64,000 bases of DNA from Reclinomonas americana ATCC 50394 (lineage: Eukaryota). How positions within the stretch are numbered: the first letter of the stretch is position 1; each line of letters starts with the position of its first letter. The position numbers and the translations under genes are program-made. This document shows, one piece after another, positions 9,867 to 20,123 of the stretch. The stretch covers positions 1,984,001 to 2,048,000 of the forward strand of contig PS015010.1 of assembly GCA_048213135.1 (NCBI GenBank), in the 5' to 3' direction. The notes beneath the pieces are model-generated. The model worked only from the letters and a program-made list of their open reading frames with translations. It ran no database searches and was not told the origin of the DNA.

Positions 9867-11309
9867 TCAGAATGCTATACCGAACCGTATTTTGAAAGCT
9901 TCGGTATGCGGTAAACTTTGCCTGTGAAGGAAATCATACAGGATGGTAATGGTATTGCTGCGGGTACGGCTCTTGCCCCATTTATTTCCTAAAAAAGATT
10001 TCCCGAAACTCATCTTCTTACCAATCCCCATAAGGGCGCTGCTCTTCCATGCATGTTGTTTACCGATATCACTGATGCTGCCGAAGCTGTTGAAATAATT
10101 CTGTTCCCATCCACCGCTCAGAAAGAAATTCTTTTTCAGCTCCATTTTGCAATAAGAGGTAATACCGATACCCTGGTTGCTAAGGGCGATCTTTTTAAAA
10201 CCTTCTCCCAGTCCCAGCCTGTACATAAAGCCGATACCCATCGATGCCTTGTCTGAGAATTTATAACCGGCCGACAACATCACTTCGGTACTGGCCGGGA
10301 GCATGGCATTTTTCCCGGTAAACTTGAGATTGCTCCCCAGTTCCATACGCTGAAGGAAAGTTTTGGTCTTAATATCTTTGGGTTTAAAATCAGGCAAATC
10401 ATCCGCATTGGCAGACCCTGAAAGTTTCTGTTTCAGCTCATCCATTTTGGCATGAACGATTTGCAGTTGCTGCGACATCAGGCCTTTTACATCGACCGAA
10501 GAAGAAGAAAGCTTTTCCTTTAATACGACCTGTATCATATCGCGGGTTTGCAGACCAGCCACAGACTGATCTCCCTGAGATACCGGGAAAAGCCCGGCCA
10601 GCATGGAGTTTTCTTTCATAAAAGATTTGAATGCCGGCAACTCTCTCAAAACCGACAACAGTTTTTCTTCGATTTTTGAAGGATTAGACAGTAGTTCCTT
10701 ATAATTTTTTACCTTTTCATTATAATAATAGAATTCCTTTTTTACAGCACCCAGGTAATCCTGCACCTGCTTCTTATATTTGTCACCAAGTTTCACCAGG
10801 ATATTTTGCTGCTCCTGCAACAGCGCCTTTATCTTATCGGCACTGCCGATGGCTGCCTTTACATTTCCGAGCAGTTCCAGGTTCTTTAGCAGTGCAGGGT
10901 TTCCCTGGGGGAGACTGGCATTTTTCAATTTTCCCAGGAACCCCAGGCTGCCTGCAAGCGTGTCCAGGTAAGGCTGGTAATTGTAGCGGACAGATGTCCC
11001 CGCTTCGCTGAAAAACGATGTGGCACGTGCGACCGGGTCGCCTATCATAGCGCTGTTCAACAGCGAATCGGTGCCGGGTTTACGCATCAGCTTTCTTTGT
11101 TTTCCTGCCATTCTTTTCAGGAACTTTTCAGTTGCCGACCGGATGTCTGAGTTGAATTTTTCGAGTTTATTATTTACGGCATCCTGGTAAGAGTCATGGA
11201 TCGACTTGATCAATTCGATTTTCGCTGTACTTCTTTCCTGCGCATTTGTCCCAGTATGGCAGAATACAAAAACCAGGATCATCACGGCAACAGTAAAAAT
11301 TTTACGCAT
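9867..11309 (-). CDS. Secreted protein, helical/coiled-coil N-part and predicted C-terminal beta-barrel
   Basis: 480-aa ORF; signal peptide ending TNA-Q; Lys/Glu/Leu-rich helical region; alternating amphipathic strands in the last ~165 aa; ends KIRFGIAF. Confidence 0.75.
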   Translation of the reverse strand: MRKIFTVAVMILVFVFCHTGTNAQERSTAKIELIKSIHDSYQDAVNNKLEKFNSDIRSATEKFLKRMAGKQRKLMRKPGTDSLLNSAMIGDPVARATSFFSEAGTSVRYNYQPYLDTLAGSLGFLGKLKNASLPQGNPALLKNLELLGNVKAAIGSADKIKALLQEQQNILVKLGDKYKKQVQDYLGAVKKEFYYYNEKVKNYKELLSNPSKIEEKLLSVLRELPAFKSFMKENSMLAGLFPVSQGDQSVAGLQTRDMIQVVLKEKLSSSSVDVKGLMSQQLQIVHAKMDELKQKLSGSANADDLPDFKPKDIKTKTFLQRMELGSNLKFTGKNAMLPASTEVMLSAGYKFSDKASMGIGFMYRLGLGEGFKKIALSNQGIGITSYCKMELKKNFFLSGGWEQNYFNSFGSISDIGKQHAWKSSALMGIGKKMSFGKSFLGNKWGKSRTRSNTITILYDFLHRQSLPHTEAFKIRFGIAF

Positions 11310-11639
11310 AGCTTTGGTTTAAATTTTAAATAATACGTGAGCATTCCCGATGGTCGCCTGTTGTGTACGCAGGGCTCCCACAAGGGGTACACGGGCAGAT
11401 GCACGTTATGTGATGGCTGGCGTAAGGGATAAAATACCCGGCAGTTTCCTGCTTTCCGGAAGGCAGATCATTATCGTACCGGTTTGGGAAATTTTTACAT
11501 CCTTACCTGGTTGATAAGGATGGCTGATAACATTTCGTTTAGCCATATACGGACCTGGTATCACTCACATTCATAGAAACAGATTAATAGTGGTTTATAA
11601 TTTCGAGGTGCAAATATGAAACTTGCTGCCGCTACCGGA

Positions 11640-11662
11640 TATCCCGTAAAGGCGTGATTTTT
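11640..11662 (-). promoter_or_regulatory. Putative regulator binding site (ATCCC-N8-GTGAT), copy 2
   Basis: TATCCCGTAAAGGCGTGATTTTT; GCAAATAT at 11610-11617, same spacing as copy 1. Confidence 0.6.
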
Positions 11663-11727
11663 TTCAAAGTTTCGGGGCAAATGAAAAATATATCAAACCT
11701 TTACAAAAGCATGCTAACACCAATACT

Positions 11728-13740
11728 ATGTCCGCTTTAAAAAAGGTCTTCCTCTACCTGGCGATCCTGCTCCTTGGTGTGCCCCTTTGTAACGGGGCGC
11801 AAAGGCCCGGGTTTGAAAAAGAAAGAGATGAAGCCATTAAAAATCTCAATAAAATAAATAACAATGATACTGCCCGTGTCAATGCCCTCCTGAAAGTGTT
11901 TTCAAGCGCTACGTACTTAAAAGAATGGAAGACGGTAATGCCTTACTGCGAGGAAGCACTGGTATTGAGCCGCCGGCTGAATTATGAAAAAGGCCTTACC
12001 GGTTGCTATCGTTATCTCGGCCATTATTACAAGAGTGCATCGAACCGCCAAATGGCCCAGGCCTGTTTCGATTCAGTGATCCGGATTGCAGGCGACCGGG
12101 AAGATAAAACACTTCTCGAACACAAAGCGGTGGCGCAAAGATGGAAAGGCAGGATATACCACGACCAGGAGAATTATTACATGGCACTGCAATATTATTT
12201 CGATGCGCTTCCCTATTTTGAACAGCACATTTCAAGGACCACTTATTTTATTTACAGCGATATTTCCGGTATCTATATGGAACTGAATAACCTGGATAAA
12301 GCGCTGGAATATGGAAAGAAAAATATAACATTGGCAGAGAAAGACACCAGTAAAATCATGCTTTTGCAGGCGTATTTGGGTTTTGTCAACATTTGCCTGG
12401 AGAAGAATGACCTGCCAACCGCATCCATGTATCTCGATAAAGCGGAGCCTTATATTCCCCAGCCCAACGAGATTCTCGTCAACTATGCTTACTACCAGAG
12501 ACGCGGGCACATCGCATTTCAGCAAAAAAAATTTGCTGCTTCCTATGGGTACTACCTCCGGGCTTATCATTACTCGGAGATGAGTGGCCATTACACGCAT
12601 ATGTGTCTTTCATTACACTACCTCTCCCAGAATGCAATGGAACTGGGCAATATGGCCGATGCAAGGAAATTTGCTTTCCGTAACCTGGAACTGGCAGAAC
12701 AGGCGAACAGCAAGAGTTCCAGGATTGATGCACTGCTGAATGTTGCGGCTTATTACAACAAAACCGGCAATTCAGGCAAGGCCGCCTATGATTACCTGAA
12801 ACAGGCTATGCTACTAAAGGATACACTTGTATCGGATAAGAACCTCAGGCAGATCAACAGCCTGGAGGCCTTGTATGAATCAGACAAGAAGGAAAAAGCC
12901 ATTATTCAGCTGCAAAAAGAAAAAGCATTGCAGATGGCAGCAGCGAAAAGAAATTCGTTACTGAATAAAATATTTTTTGTTTCTATAATCGTTCTCCTCC
13001 TTTTCGGATATCTTTTCTACAATCTTTTCCGGAACAGGCAGCAGATATCGAACCAAAAACAAACCATGCAGGAACAAAAGATCGTCCAGCTGGAAAAAGA
13101 CAGGAAACTGACAGCAATAGGCGCTATGCTGAAAGGCCAGGAAGAAGAAAGAAGCCGAATTGCCAAAGACCTGCACGACGGTTTAGGCGGGTTGTTGTCA
13201 GGTACTAAATTATCGCTGCTGAATGTAAGGGAGAATATTTTACTCAATCATGAAAATGCTGTTTATTTTGACAGGGCATTGAGCATGCTGGACAATTCTA
13301 TCGGCGACCTGCGTAAAGTGGCACATAACCTGATGCCGGAAACACTGGTCAAATTCGGATTGCCGGATGCGTTAAGTGATTTTTGTAATTCGGTAAAATT
13401 ATTTTCCAATGCGGATGTCATATATCAGCAGTTCGGGGAGCCGCATCCACTGAGCGGTACCGCGGAAGTGTTTATTTACCGCATCATACAGGAATTAGTG
13501 AATAATGCCGTACGGCACGCCGATGCCAGGCAGATCATTGTACAACTGAGTATGAACAGCGATAAAACCAGGATCACAGTTGAAGATGATGGGAAAGGAT
13601 TTGACGAAAATTGCCTGGTCAGGTCAAAAGGCGCCGGGATGTCGAATATCAGGTACAGGGTGGAGTATTTCAATGGATCTCTCGATATAGAGACCGCGCC
13701 GGGTAAAGGAACATCTGTCAATATCGAATTAAATATATAA
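11728..13740 (+). CDS. TPR-repeat sensor histidine kinase (HisKA_3/NarX type)
   Basis: Signal peptide, TPR-like helices, TM segment, EERSRIAKDLHDGLGG H-box, ELVNNAVRHA, VEDDGKGF, GAGMSNI. Confidence 0.93.
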   Translation: MSALKKVFLYLAILLLGVPLCNGAQRPGFEKERDEAIKNLNKINNNDTARVNALLKVFSSATYLKEWKTVMPYCEEALVLSRRLNYEKGLTGCYRYLGHYYKSASNRQMAQACFDSVIRIAGDREDKTLLEHKAVAQRWKGRIYHDQENYYMALQYYFDALPYFEQHISRTTYFIYSDISGIYMELNNLDKALEYGKKNITLAEKDTSKIMLLQAYLGFVNICLEKNDLPTASMYLDKAEPYIPQPNEILVNYAYYQRRGHIAFQQKKFAASYGYYLRAYHYSEMSGHYTHMCLSLHYLSQNAMELGNMADARKFAFRNLELAEQANSKSSRIDALLNVAAYYNKTGNSGKAAYDYLKQAMLLKDTLVSDKNLRQINSLEALYESDKKEKAIIQLQKEKALQMAAAKRNSLLNKIFFVSIIVLLLFGYLFYNLFRNRQQISNQKQTMQEQKIVQLEKDRKLTAIGAMLKGQEEERSRIAKDLHDGLGGLLSGTKLSLLNVRENILLNHENAVYFDRALSMLDNSIGDLRKVAHNLMPETLVKFGLPDALSDFCNSVKLFSNADVIYQQFGEPHPLSGTAEVFIYRIIQELVNNAVRHADARQIIVQLSMNSDKTRITVEDDGKGFDENCLVRSKGAGMSNIRYRVEYFNGSLDIETAPGKGTSVNIELNI

Positions 13741-13742
13741 GT

Positions 13743-14363
13743 ATGACCAGGGTTTATATTGTGGACGATCATTCTGTTGTTGTGGAAGGCATATACTCTC
13801 TTCTGCAAAGGGAAAAAGATATTGAGGTGACCGGTTATGCCGGCAGTGCAGAAAATTGCCTGCAGCACTTTTCAACACATACTGCCGATGTCATATTAAT
13901 GGACATCAGCCTCCCCGACGCAAGTGGCATCGACCTTTGTAAAGCTATAAAGAAAAGATACCCGGGCATTATGGTACTTGCACTGACTACCTTTAACCAG
14001 GGTACTTATGTAAGGAAAATGATGGAAAGCGGCGCCAGTGGTTACCTGTTGAAGAACGCCGGAAAAAAAGAGATCATCGATGCCATTAAGACGGTTACTG
14101 CCGGAAAAACCTACCTGAGTTTTGACGCCGGGCAGGCGTTGAAATCCGATCAGCAACTCCGCAATACTATCCCCATACTCACGAAAAGAGAAAAGGAGGT
14201 GCTTGCCTACATTGCTGAGGGACTTACCAACCCGCAAATATCACAGCAACTTTTTATCAGCATCGATACGGTCGACAGTCACCGAAAAAACCTTCATACC
14301 AAACTGAATGTAAAGAATACGGCCATGCTGATCCGATTTGCGGTTGAGAATAATTTACTCTAA
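13743..14363 (+). CDS. NarL/LuxR-family response regulator
   Basis: IVDDH, ILMDISLPD, GYLLK, LTKREKEVL...TVDSHRKNLHTKL HTH. Confidence 0.95.
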   Translation: MTRVYIVDDHSVVVEGIYSLLQREKDIEVTGYAGSAENCLQHFSTHTADVILMDISLPDASGIDLCKAIKKRYPGIMVLALTTFNQGTYVRKMMESGASGYLLKNAGKKEIIDAIKTVTAGKTYLSFDAGQALKSDQQLRNTIPILTKREKEVLAYIAEGLTNPQISQQLFISIDTVDSHRKNLHTKLNVKNTAMLIRFAVENNLL

Positions 14364-14373
14364 TGCCCCATCC

Positions 14374-15633
14374 TTATTGCCTGCTTCCCAGCACCCCCAG
14401 GGCTTTCACGATGAAAATATCTTCGTTCCAGGCTTTACTTTCCTTTTCCCGGTCAATGTATATACCCGGGAGATAATCTTCCCTTTTTACGTTTCTGCTG
14501 GTATACAATCTTTCCACGGGTATATTATACCGTATCTTAGTGTTCGGCATTTCGAAAGTATATACTGCTCCTTTCAGTCTTGCCAGTTTAGTACCTATGA
14601 TCGATATGTTTTTCCTGCGCAGCCCATCAAACCCAACCACAATGGCTTCAGCTATACTTCCCGTCCAGTGATTGGCGAGGATCACCAGCGGCTTACCATA
14701 GTATTTCCCTTTCCGTGGAGAAACGATTTCCATCCAGCTTCTTTTTACACCGAATTGTTTTTCCTCGCTGTAGTCTTCATGTTTTTGGTAAAAACAATCT
14801 TTGAGGGTAAACCATCCCAGTATGGCCCGCGCTACGGTAGTGTTGCCACCACTGGGGGTTTCACGCAGGTCCAGTATCAATGATTGCGTGTTCTGCATCC
14901 GTTGCATAACACTGTCAAATGCAGCGATGAGGTCATTGTCGTACAGGCAATTATTGATGCGGATATAACCCGTACTGCCTATCATTTTTGTTTCAAGCAG
15001 GGATGCGTATTGTATATGTTCCAGTTGAAATTGATCACGATCGGGGAAGAAAACGACTTCACGTCCTCCTGTTTTCAAGGTCAGCTTACGAGCCTGTACA
15101 TGATCGCCTGCCAGCAGCACACGAAGCGCATATCCCCTGGCCTCATCATCCGCGAAACCGGAAGACTGCGGCAAAAAAGGGACGATCGCTTTCTCTACGG
15201 ACACATCATTGACAGCAATCACTTCCATACCTTCTTTCACACCTGCAGTTGCTAGGCCGTAGCCTGGCCGTACTTCTGTTATAAGTGGTTTCCCGTTCAC
15301 GTACTCCGCCCACATATCCGCATTGGTAGGCACCAGCCTGCGGGAGTAAGGTGTATTGGTATTCAGTCCTGCATGGTGATCATAGATTTCATACAAAGCC
15401 TTTTCAATAATGCCGGTAAACTCAGTTCTTGAATGCACGGTATCCATGGCGGCTGTATACATCTCTTTCACCCGTGCCCAGTTGGTCACTTTGGGATTAA
15501 AGTAGCAGTAATTCCTGTCGATGGTTTCCCAGAAACTGTTGAAATCTTCCCGGAATTGGGCACCGGTAAATGACTGGCTTTTCACCTGTTGCAAGAGGGC
15601 CGCACTGAACAGGACAATAATGATACGCTTCAT
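14374..15633 (-). CDS. S41-family peptidase
   Basis: Signal peptide; GYIRIN, LILDLRETPSGG, WTGSIAEA; PDZ-like segment. Confidence 0.88.
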   Translation of the reverse strand: MKRIIIVLFSAALLQQVKSQSFTGAQFREDFNSFWETIDRNYCYFNPKVTNWARVKEMYTAAMDTVHSRTEFTGIIEKALYEIYDHHAGLNTNTPYSRRLVPTNADMWAEYVNGKPLITEVRPGYGLATAGVKEGMEVIAVNDVSVEKAIVPFLPQSSGFADDEARGYALRVLLAGDHVQARKLTLKTGGREVVFFPDRDQFQLEHIQYASLLETKMIGSTGYIRINNCLYDNDLIAAFDSVMQRMQNTQSLILDLRETPSGGNTTVARAILGWFTLKDCFYQKHEDYSEEKQFGVKRSWMEIVSPRKGKYYGKPLVILANHWTGSIAEAIVVGFDGLRRKNISIIGTKLARLKGAVYTFEMPNTKIRYNIPVERLYTSRNVKREDYLPGIYIDREKESKAWNEDIFIVKALGVLGSRQ

Positions 15634-15718
15634 AATGACGATACGTGGTTTCGTCCACGCCAGGCAAAGTTATCCTGCTTACGCTTCCTTTCATAGTACG
15701 ATATTGCAGCAGTACTGC

Positions 15719-16480
15719 CTACGCGTTCCTGTAAGCCAGCGGGGTAATGCCGGTGATCTTTTTGAAGTGTTTGCCAAAATGGGTGGCGTCGTAGAAACCG
15801 GATTCAAGGGCAATGTCGAGGATGTTATCATGTGATTGTAAAAGTTCCTTGCTTTTTTCGATCCGCTTCAGAATAAGAAAATTATTGGGCGTTAACCCTG
15901 TCTGCTGTTTGAACAAGCGCAGGAACTTGTATTTATCAAGACCGAATGTTGCGGCGGTCTGCTCCAGGGAAAATTTTCCTGAAACATCCTCTTCCATAAA
16001 CCGGCGGAAAAGTGATGTGGTACCGGTTGAGAAGTGATCCGGTGTTGCGTAACGCTTTACCAGTTGCTGAACAACAGCCAGCAACTTCTTTTCGGCATGG
16101 GCAGTATCAAACGCCTGAGAAATAAGCAGCAGTTCATGGAAGAGTGCATCATCATATATCACTTTGTCTTCAAAGAATACTTCATTACCCTGATTCGCCG
16201 CGGTAAAAACAGGAGGAGGTATATAAAATGTAAAGAATGAATTCCCTGCTTTCTGATCACAAATGGTAGCATGTACTTCGTTGGGGTTGGTGATAAAGAT
16301 GGTACCGCGGGGAGCTGACAGCCTGCGGTCGGTAAGGCGGGTATGGAAGGGCTGTTCCAGCACCAGGGTTATATTGAACGTATCATGTATATGAAAAGGG
16401 AAACTGGTCCTGTGCTGCCGGGCATCCAGCAGTTCAAGTCCGTCGAGGATGGGGAGTTTATGATAAGCGTTCCGGTTCAT
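15719..16480 (-). CDS. AraC-family transcriptional regulator
   Basis: FPFHIHDTF cupin arm; FKQQTGLTP; IALESGFYDATHFGKHFKKITGITPLAYR. Start set at MNRNAY. Confidence 0.92.
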   Translation of the reverse strand: MNRNAYHKLPILDGLELLDARQHRTSFPFHIHDTFNITLVLEQPFHTRLTDRRLSAPRGTIFITNPNEVHATICDQKAGNSFFTFYIPPPVFTAANQGNEVFFEDKVIYDDALFHELLLISQAFDTAHAEKKLLAVVQQLVKRYATPDHFSTGTTSLFRRFMEEDVSGKFSLEQTAATFGLDKYKFLRLFKQQTGLTPNNFLILKRIEKSKELLQSHDNILDIALESGFYDATHFGKHFKKITGITPLAYRNA

Positions 16481-16633
16481 GCGTATATAGCAGCAATTTA
16501 GTGAATACGTCTGAGGCCCGGAACATTTTATAAGAAATATAACAGATACGAAATGGGAGATGATATAATTCCGAAAACGCAATTAATAAACGTTCCAAAA
16601 CAATAAATTGTTCCGCTCGAATAGTTATTCTGA

Positions 16634-16667
16634 AAACGAATTATCATTATTTGTAAACGAATTATCA
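16634..16667 (+). promoter_or_regulatory. Direct repeat with 21-bp period (LytTR-box-like)
   Basis: AAACGAATTATCA at 16634 and 16655. Confidence 0.6.
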
Positions 16668-16842
16668 AAGCCTGTTTATTAAATATTCATTCCAGTCATA
16701 ATGTTATTACGGTTTTACTATTTTGTGATGAACGAATAAAACGGATAGCCTTTAACTGCCATTAATATTTTCAAATGGCTGGTCAGTAATATCTATATTT
16801 GCAACTCAATTAACTGCTCTCACTGTATTACGTTAGTCTATT

Positions 16843-18750
16843 ATGTTCCAATACCAATCAAGAAAAACTGTTTCTGTTGTTTTATTTTCCTTGTTAAGTT
16901 TTTGCTCTGGTAAAGTATTCGCCCAATCAACTCCTGATACCAATGCGATCAAAGCAAATATTAAAACTATCGGAGACAGCATCACCGCAAACCCTGTCTT
17001 TGCCAAAGACCTGGCCAACCGCACATTAAAAACATCACAACAGATCAACTATCCCTGGGGGATTTTTATGAACACACTTGCACTAGGGTCAATAGCCTAC
17101 AATGACGGGGAGCGTGAACAGGCTATCAAGCTGCACGAAACAGCATTGACTTATGGTCGTGCGCATGGTTTCAGGCAAAAAGAATCAACTGTACTCAGCA
17201 ATCTTGCAAAAGATTATGGGGGCTCAGGCAATACCCAAAAAGCAATCAACCTTTACCACGAGGCTGTAAAAGTAGCGCAGGAAATAAATGACAGTTTGCA
17301 AATAGGTGGCGCATTGCAGGGCCTGGGCCAAACCTACAGCAGGATCGGTTATCCAGAAGAAACCATTAAATACTGCAGCCAGGCCGCTGAAATATTTATA
17401 AAGAAGAAAAAGTATTCTACATTAAGGTGGTCGTATAATAATATCGCCGCTTCGTATATGGAGCTCTCCAAATTTGACAGCGCCTATCGGTATATATGGT
17501 TAACAAGGATAGCTTATGACAGCGCTACGGGAGGAGCACCTCCGGAAACGGAATTTTATATTAATATGGCTGTCGTTTCTGACTCCCTGCATAGAAAGGA
17601 TTCCGCTGCTTACTATTTTAAACAGGCATTACCGGTTGCCCTTCGCACGAATGACCACATAGCACTGGAATCTGTCTATTCATATCTCGCCATAAAAGAG
17701 GCTGAGGCCGGCAATACAGGCAAAGCCATACAGTATTATAAAGAAGTACTGATACTCACTGAGAAATTCCACAACCTTGAAGGCAGCATTAGCACCGCCG
17801 GTAGTCTTGCCAGATTATACGCGAAGAATAAGGATTATTACAATGCCTATACCTATGCATTAAAAGAGGCCGCCTTCAGGGAGGACTATATTAACCAGGA
17901 AAAAATAAAGGCCGTTACCGCATTAAATGCAAAATTTGAGAAACAGCAATTACAGTATGACTTCGATAAGAAAACAGCTGCTACAGCATTGGCTAATCAA
18001 AAGAAAATAGCCAGAAGAAATATGTTACTGTACGGCTTTATCGCACTTGCCCTGCTGTTAGGAGCTGTCATTATTTTCGTGGTTAAATATTTCAGACAGA
18101 AAGCGATCATCACAGCCAACAGGAACGAACAATTGAAGCAACGATTATTGCTTACACAGATGAACCCGCATTTCATATTCAATTCGGTAGACAATATTCA
18201 AAGCCTTATCCACAGCAATAAAGATGAAGAGGCGATAAGTTACTTAACGAAGTTTTCCAAACTCACGAGACAGATACTGGAAAATTCAAGGGAGAACTAT
18301 ATCAGCCTGGCTGAAGAGCTTAATATGCTGGATAACTATATGAATATTCAAAAGTTGCTGTACAATAATAATTTTACCCATAAGGTGTCAATAGCCGACG
18401 GAATAGACCCCGAAACTGTTTTACTGCCACCGATGCTTACCCAGCCTTTTATTGAAAATGCCATCAGGCACGGGTTAAAAAACAAAAAGGAAGGAGGCGT
18501 TATCCATGTTCGTTTTTACATGAAAGATGACCAGTTGTTTTTTGAAGTAACTGATAACGGAACAGGACTTGCAGAAAAAGAAACAGATGACGGTCAACGC
18601 TCCCTATCAACGCAAATTACCAAAGAAAGGCTGGCTAGTATTGCATCCAAAAAGAAGATCCTAATTCATACATTGAATATCACGGGTGAGAATAACGCTG
18701 TACAAGGTGTAAAGACCTCTTTTGAAATTCCATACATTTATAATAATTAG
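16843..18750 (+). CDS. TPR-repeat LytS-type histidine kinase
   Basis: TPR helices, TM, TQMNPHFIFNS, QPFIENAIRHG, VTDNGTG. Confidence 0.93.
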   Translation: MFQYQSRKTVSVVLFSLLSFCSGKVFAQSTPDTNAIKANIKTIGDSITANPVFAKDLANRTLKTSQQINYPWGIFMNTLALGSIAYNDGEREQAIKLHETALTYGRAHGFRQKESTVLSNLAKDYGGSGNTQKAINLYHEAVKVAQEINDSLQIGGALQGLGQTYSRIGYPEETIKYCSQAAEIFIKKKKYSTLRWSYNNIAASYMELSKFDSAYRYIWLTRIAYDSATGGAPPETEFYINMAVVSDSLHRKDSAAYYFKQALPVALRTNDHIALESVYSYLAIKEAEAGNTGKAIQYYKEVLILTEKFHNLEGSISTAGSLARLYAKNKDYYNAYTYALKEAAFREDYINQEKIKAVTALNAKFEKQQLQYDFDKKTAATALANQKKIARRNMLLYGFIALALLLGAVIIFVVKYFRQKAIITANRNEQLKQRLLLTQMNPHFIFNSVDNIQSLIHSNKDEEAISYLTKFSKLTRQILENSRENYISLAEELNMLDNYMNIQKLLYNNNFTHKVSIADGIDPETVLLPPMLTQPFIENAIRHGLKNKKEGGVIHVRFYMKDDQLFFEVTDNGTGLAEKETDDGQRSLSTQITKERLASIASKKKILIHTLNITGENNAVQGVKTSFEIPYIYNN

Positions 18751-18754
18751 GAAT

Positions 18755-19501
18755 ATGCTCAGAGCAATCATAATAGATGACATGAACAATATCCGCCAGA
18801 AAAACATGGCGGTCATAAAACAATATTGTCCCAATGTTGCCATTATTGCTGAAGCGGATGGTGTAGCATCCGGGATTGCCGCTATCAAGAAATACTTACC
18901 CGATCTTGTTTTCCTGGATGTTGAAATGAAGGACGGTACGGGGTTTGACTTGTTACAAAAACTAAAACCCATTGATTTTAAAGTGATATTTATCACCGCC
19001 TTCCAGGAATTTGCCATCAAAGCTTTTCGTTTCAGCGCCATTGATTTCCTATTGAAGCCTATAGATCCTTCAGACCTTATTGAAGCCGTCAAAAAAGCCC
19101 AGGAAACATTAAGCAAAGAAATGCTGGAACTGCAATTCAGTACGTTATTTTCAAATATTGAGCGCCCCAGGAACCTGCAGAAGATCATTTTAAAAACGGC
19201 GGAAAAGGTTTATTCGATTAATGTGCAGGATATAATACGCTGCGAGTCTGAAAAAAACTATACCACTTTTTATATGCTGAATGGTCAGAAACTGCTTGTT
19301 TCTACTACCCTGAAAGAGTACGAAACCATGCTATTACCCATGGGCTTTTTCCGTACACACCAATCGCACCTCATCAATATGCTTTACTTTGATCATTATG
19401 TAAAGACAGATTCAGGAAGCATCATTATGAAAGACAAAACGGCCATACCCCTGTCCGTTAGAAAGAAGGAAGAGTTTCTCAACTCCCTCAACTCACTATA
19501 A
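18755..19501 (+). CDS. LytTR-family response regulator
   Basis: MLRAIIIDD, VFLDVEMKDGTGF, FITAF, FFRTHQSHLIN. Confidence 0.95.
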   Translation: MLRAIIIDDMNNIRQKNMAVIKQYCPNVAIIAEADGVASGIAAIKKYLPDLVFLDVEMKDGTGFDLLQKLKPIDFKVIFITAFQEFAIKAFRFSAIDFLLKPIDPSDLIEAVKKAQETLSKEMLELQFSTLFSNIERPRNLQKIILKTAEKVYSINVQDIIRCESEKNYTTFYMLNGQKLLVSTTLKEYETMLLPMGFFRTHQSHLINMLYFDHYVKTDSGSIIMKDKTAIPLSVRKKEEFLNSLNSL

Positions 19502-19525
19502 GCATTGCGTACATCTCCCTGATGG

Positions 19526-19559
19526 CAACGAATTTTCAGAAAGTGCCAACGGATTTTCA
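19526..19559 (+). promoter_or_regulatory. Direct repeat with 21-bp period (LytTR-box-like)
   Basis: CAACGAATTTTCA at 19526 and CAACGGATTTTCA at 19547. Confidence 0.65.
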
Positions 19560-19631
19560 TTTGGGTAAAATAGTATACCAGGGCATACTATTTTGCATAC
19601 ATAATTTATTTCAAACCAAAACTTAAATAGT

Positions 19632-20018
19632 ATGAAGTCAAAATTCACAATGATCGGAGCCGGTGTACTTTCAATTATCTCTGCCTGGTTGCCCTGGGTT
19701 AAATTAATGGGCATTACCCAAAATGGTTTTATGGGAGAATACAGGGGTAACCCGGGATTATTTTTTGTTGTACTGGGCGCTATCATCGCAATTATGGGAT
19801 TGCTGAACAAGAAATGGAGCGCCATTGTAGCCATCATTTTTTCATTGCTCGTTTGCGGGTTGGGTTTTAAATATTTCAGTGACGCCACCTCAGGCGACGC
19901 AGCAACAGCCGGTGCTTCCGCAGGTTTCGGCATCTACTGTATGATCCTCGCCGGTATTGCAGGAATTGCAGGTGGCGTAATGCGTTTACTGGTAAAGAAA
20001 AATGTTGTATCCGCATAA
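19632..20018 (+). CDS. Small membrane protein (about 4 TM)
   Basis: 128 aa, four hydrophobic segments, ISAWLPWVK. Confidence 0.8.
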   Translation: MKSKFTMIGAGVLSIISAWLPWVKLMGITQNGFMGEYRGNPGLFFVVLGAIIAIMGLLNKKWSAIVAIIFSLLVCGLGFKYFSDATSGDAATAGASAGFGIYCMILAGIAGIAGGVMRLLVKKNVVSA

Positions 20019-20123
20019 TCAGCCCAGTTTTATCAGCCAAGCCAATCGGAAAAGATTTTCGAATGGAAGCGGGTAAGACAAATCAGTTTTTTTGTTAAAA
20101 ATAAAACCGTTAATTAAGTTAAT

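Noticed and set aside
11310-11600. Small minus-strand ORFs (11 and 46 aa) in the leader of the RHS cassette
   Set aside because: No recognisable features; cannot be distinguished from chance.
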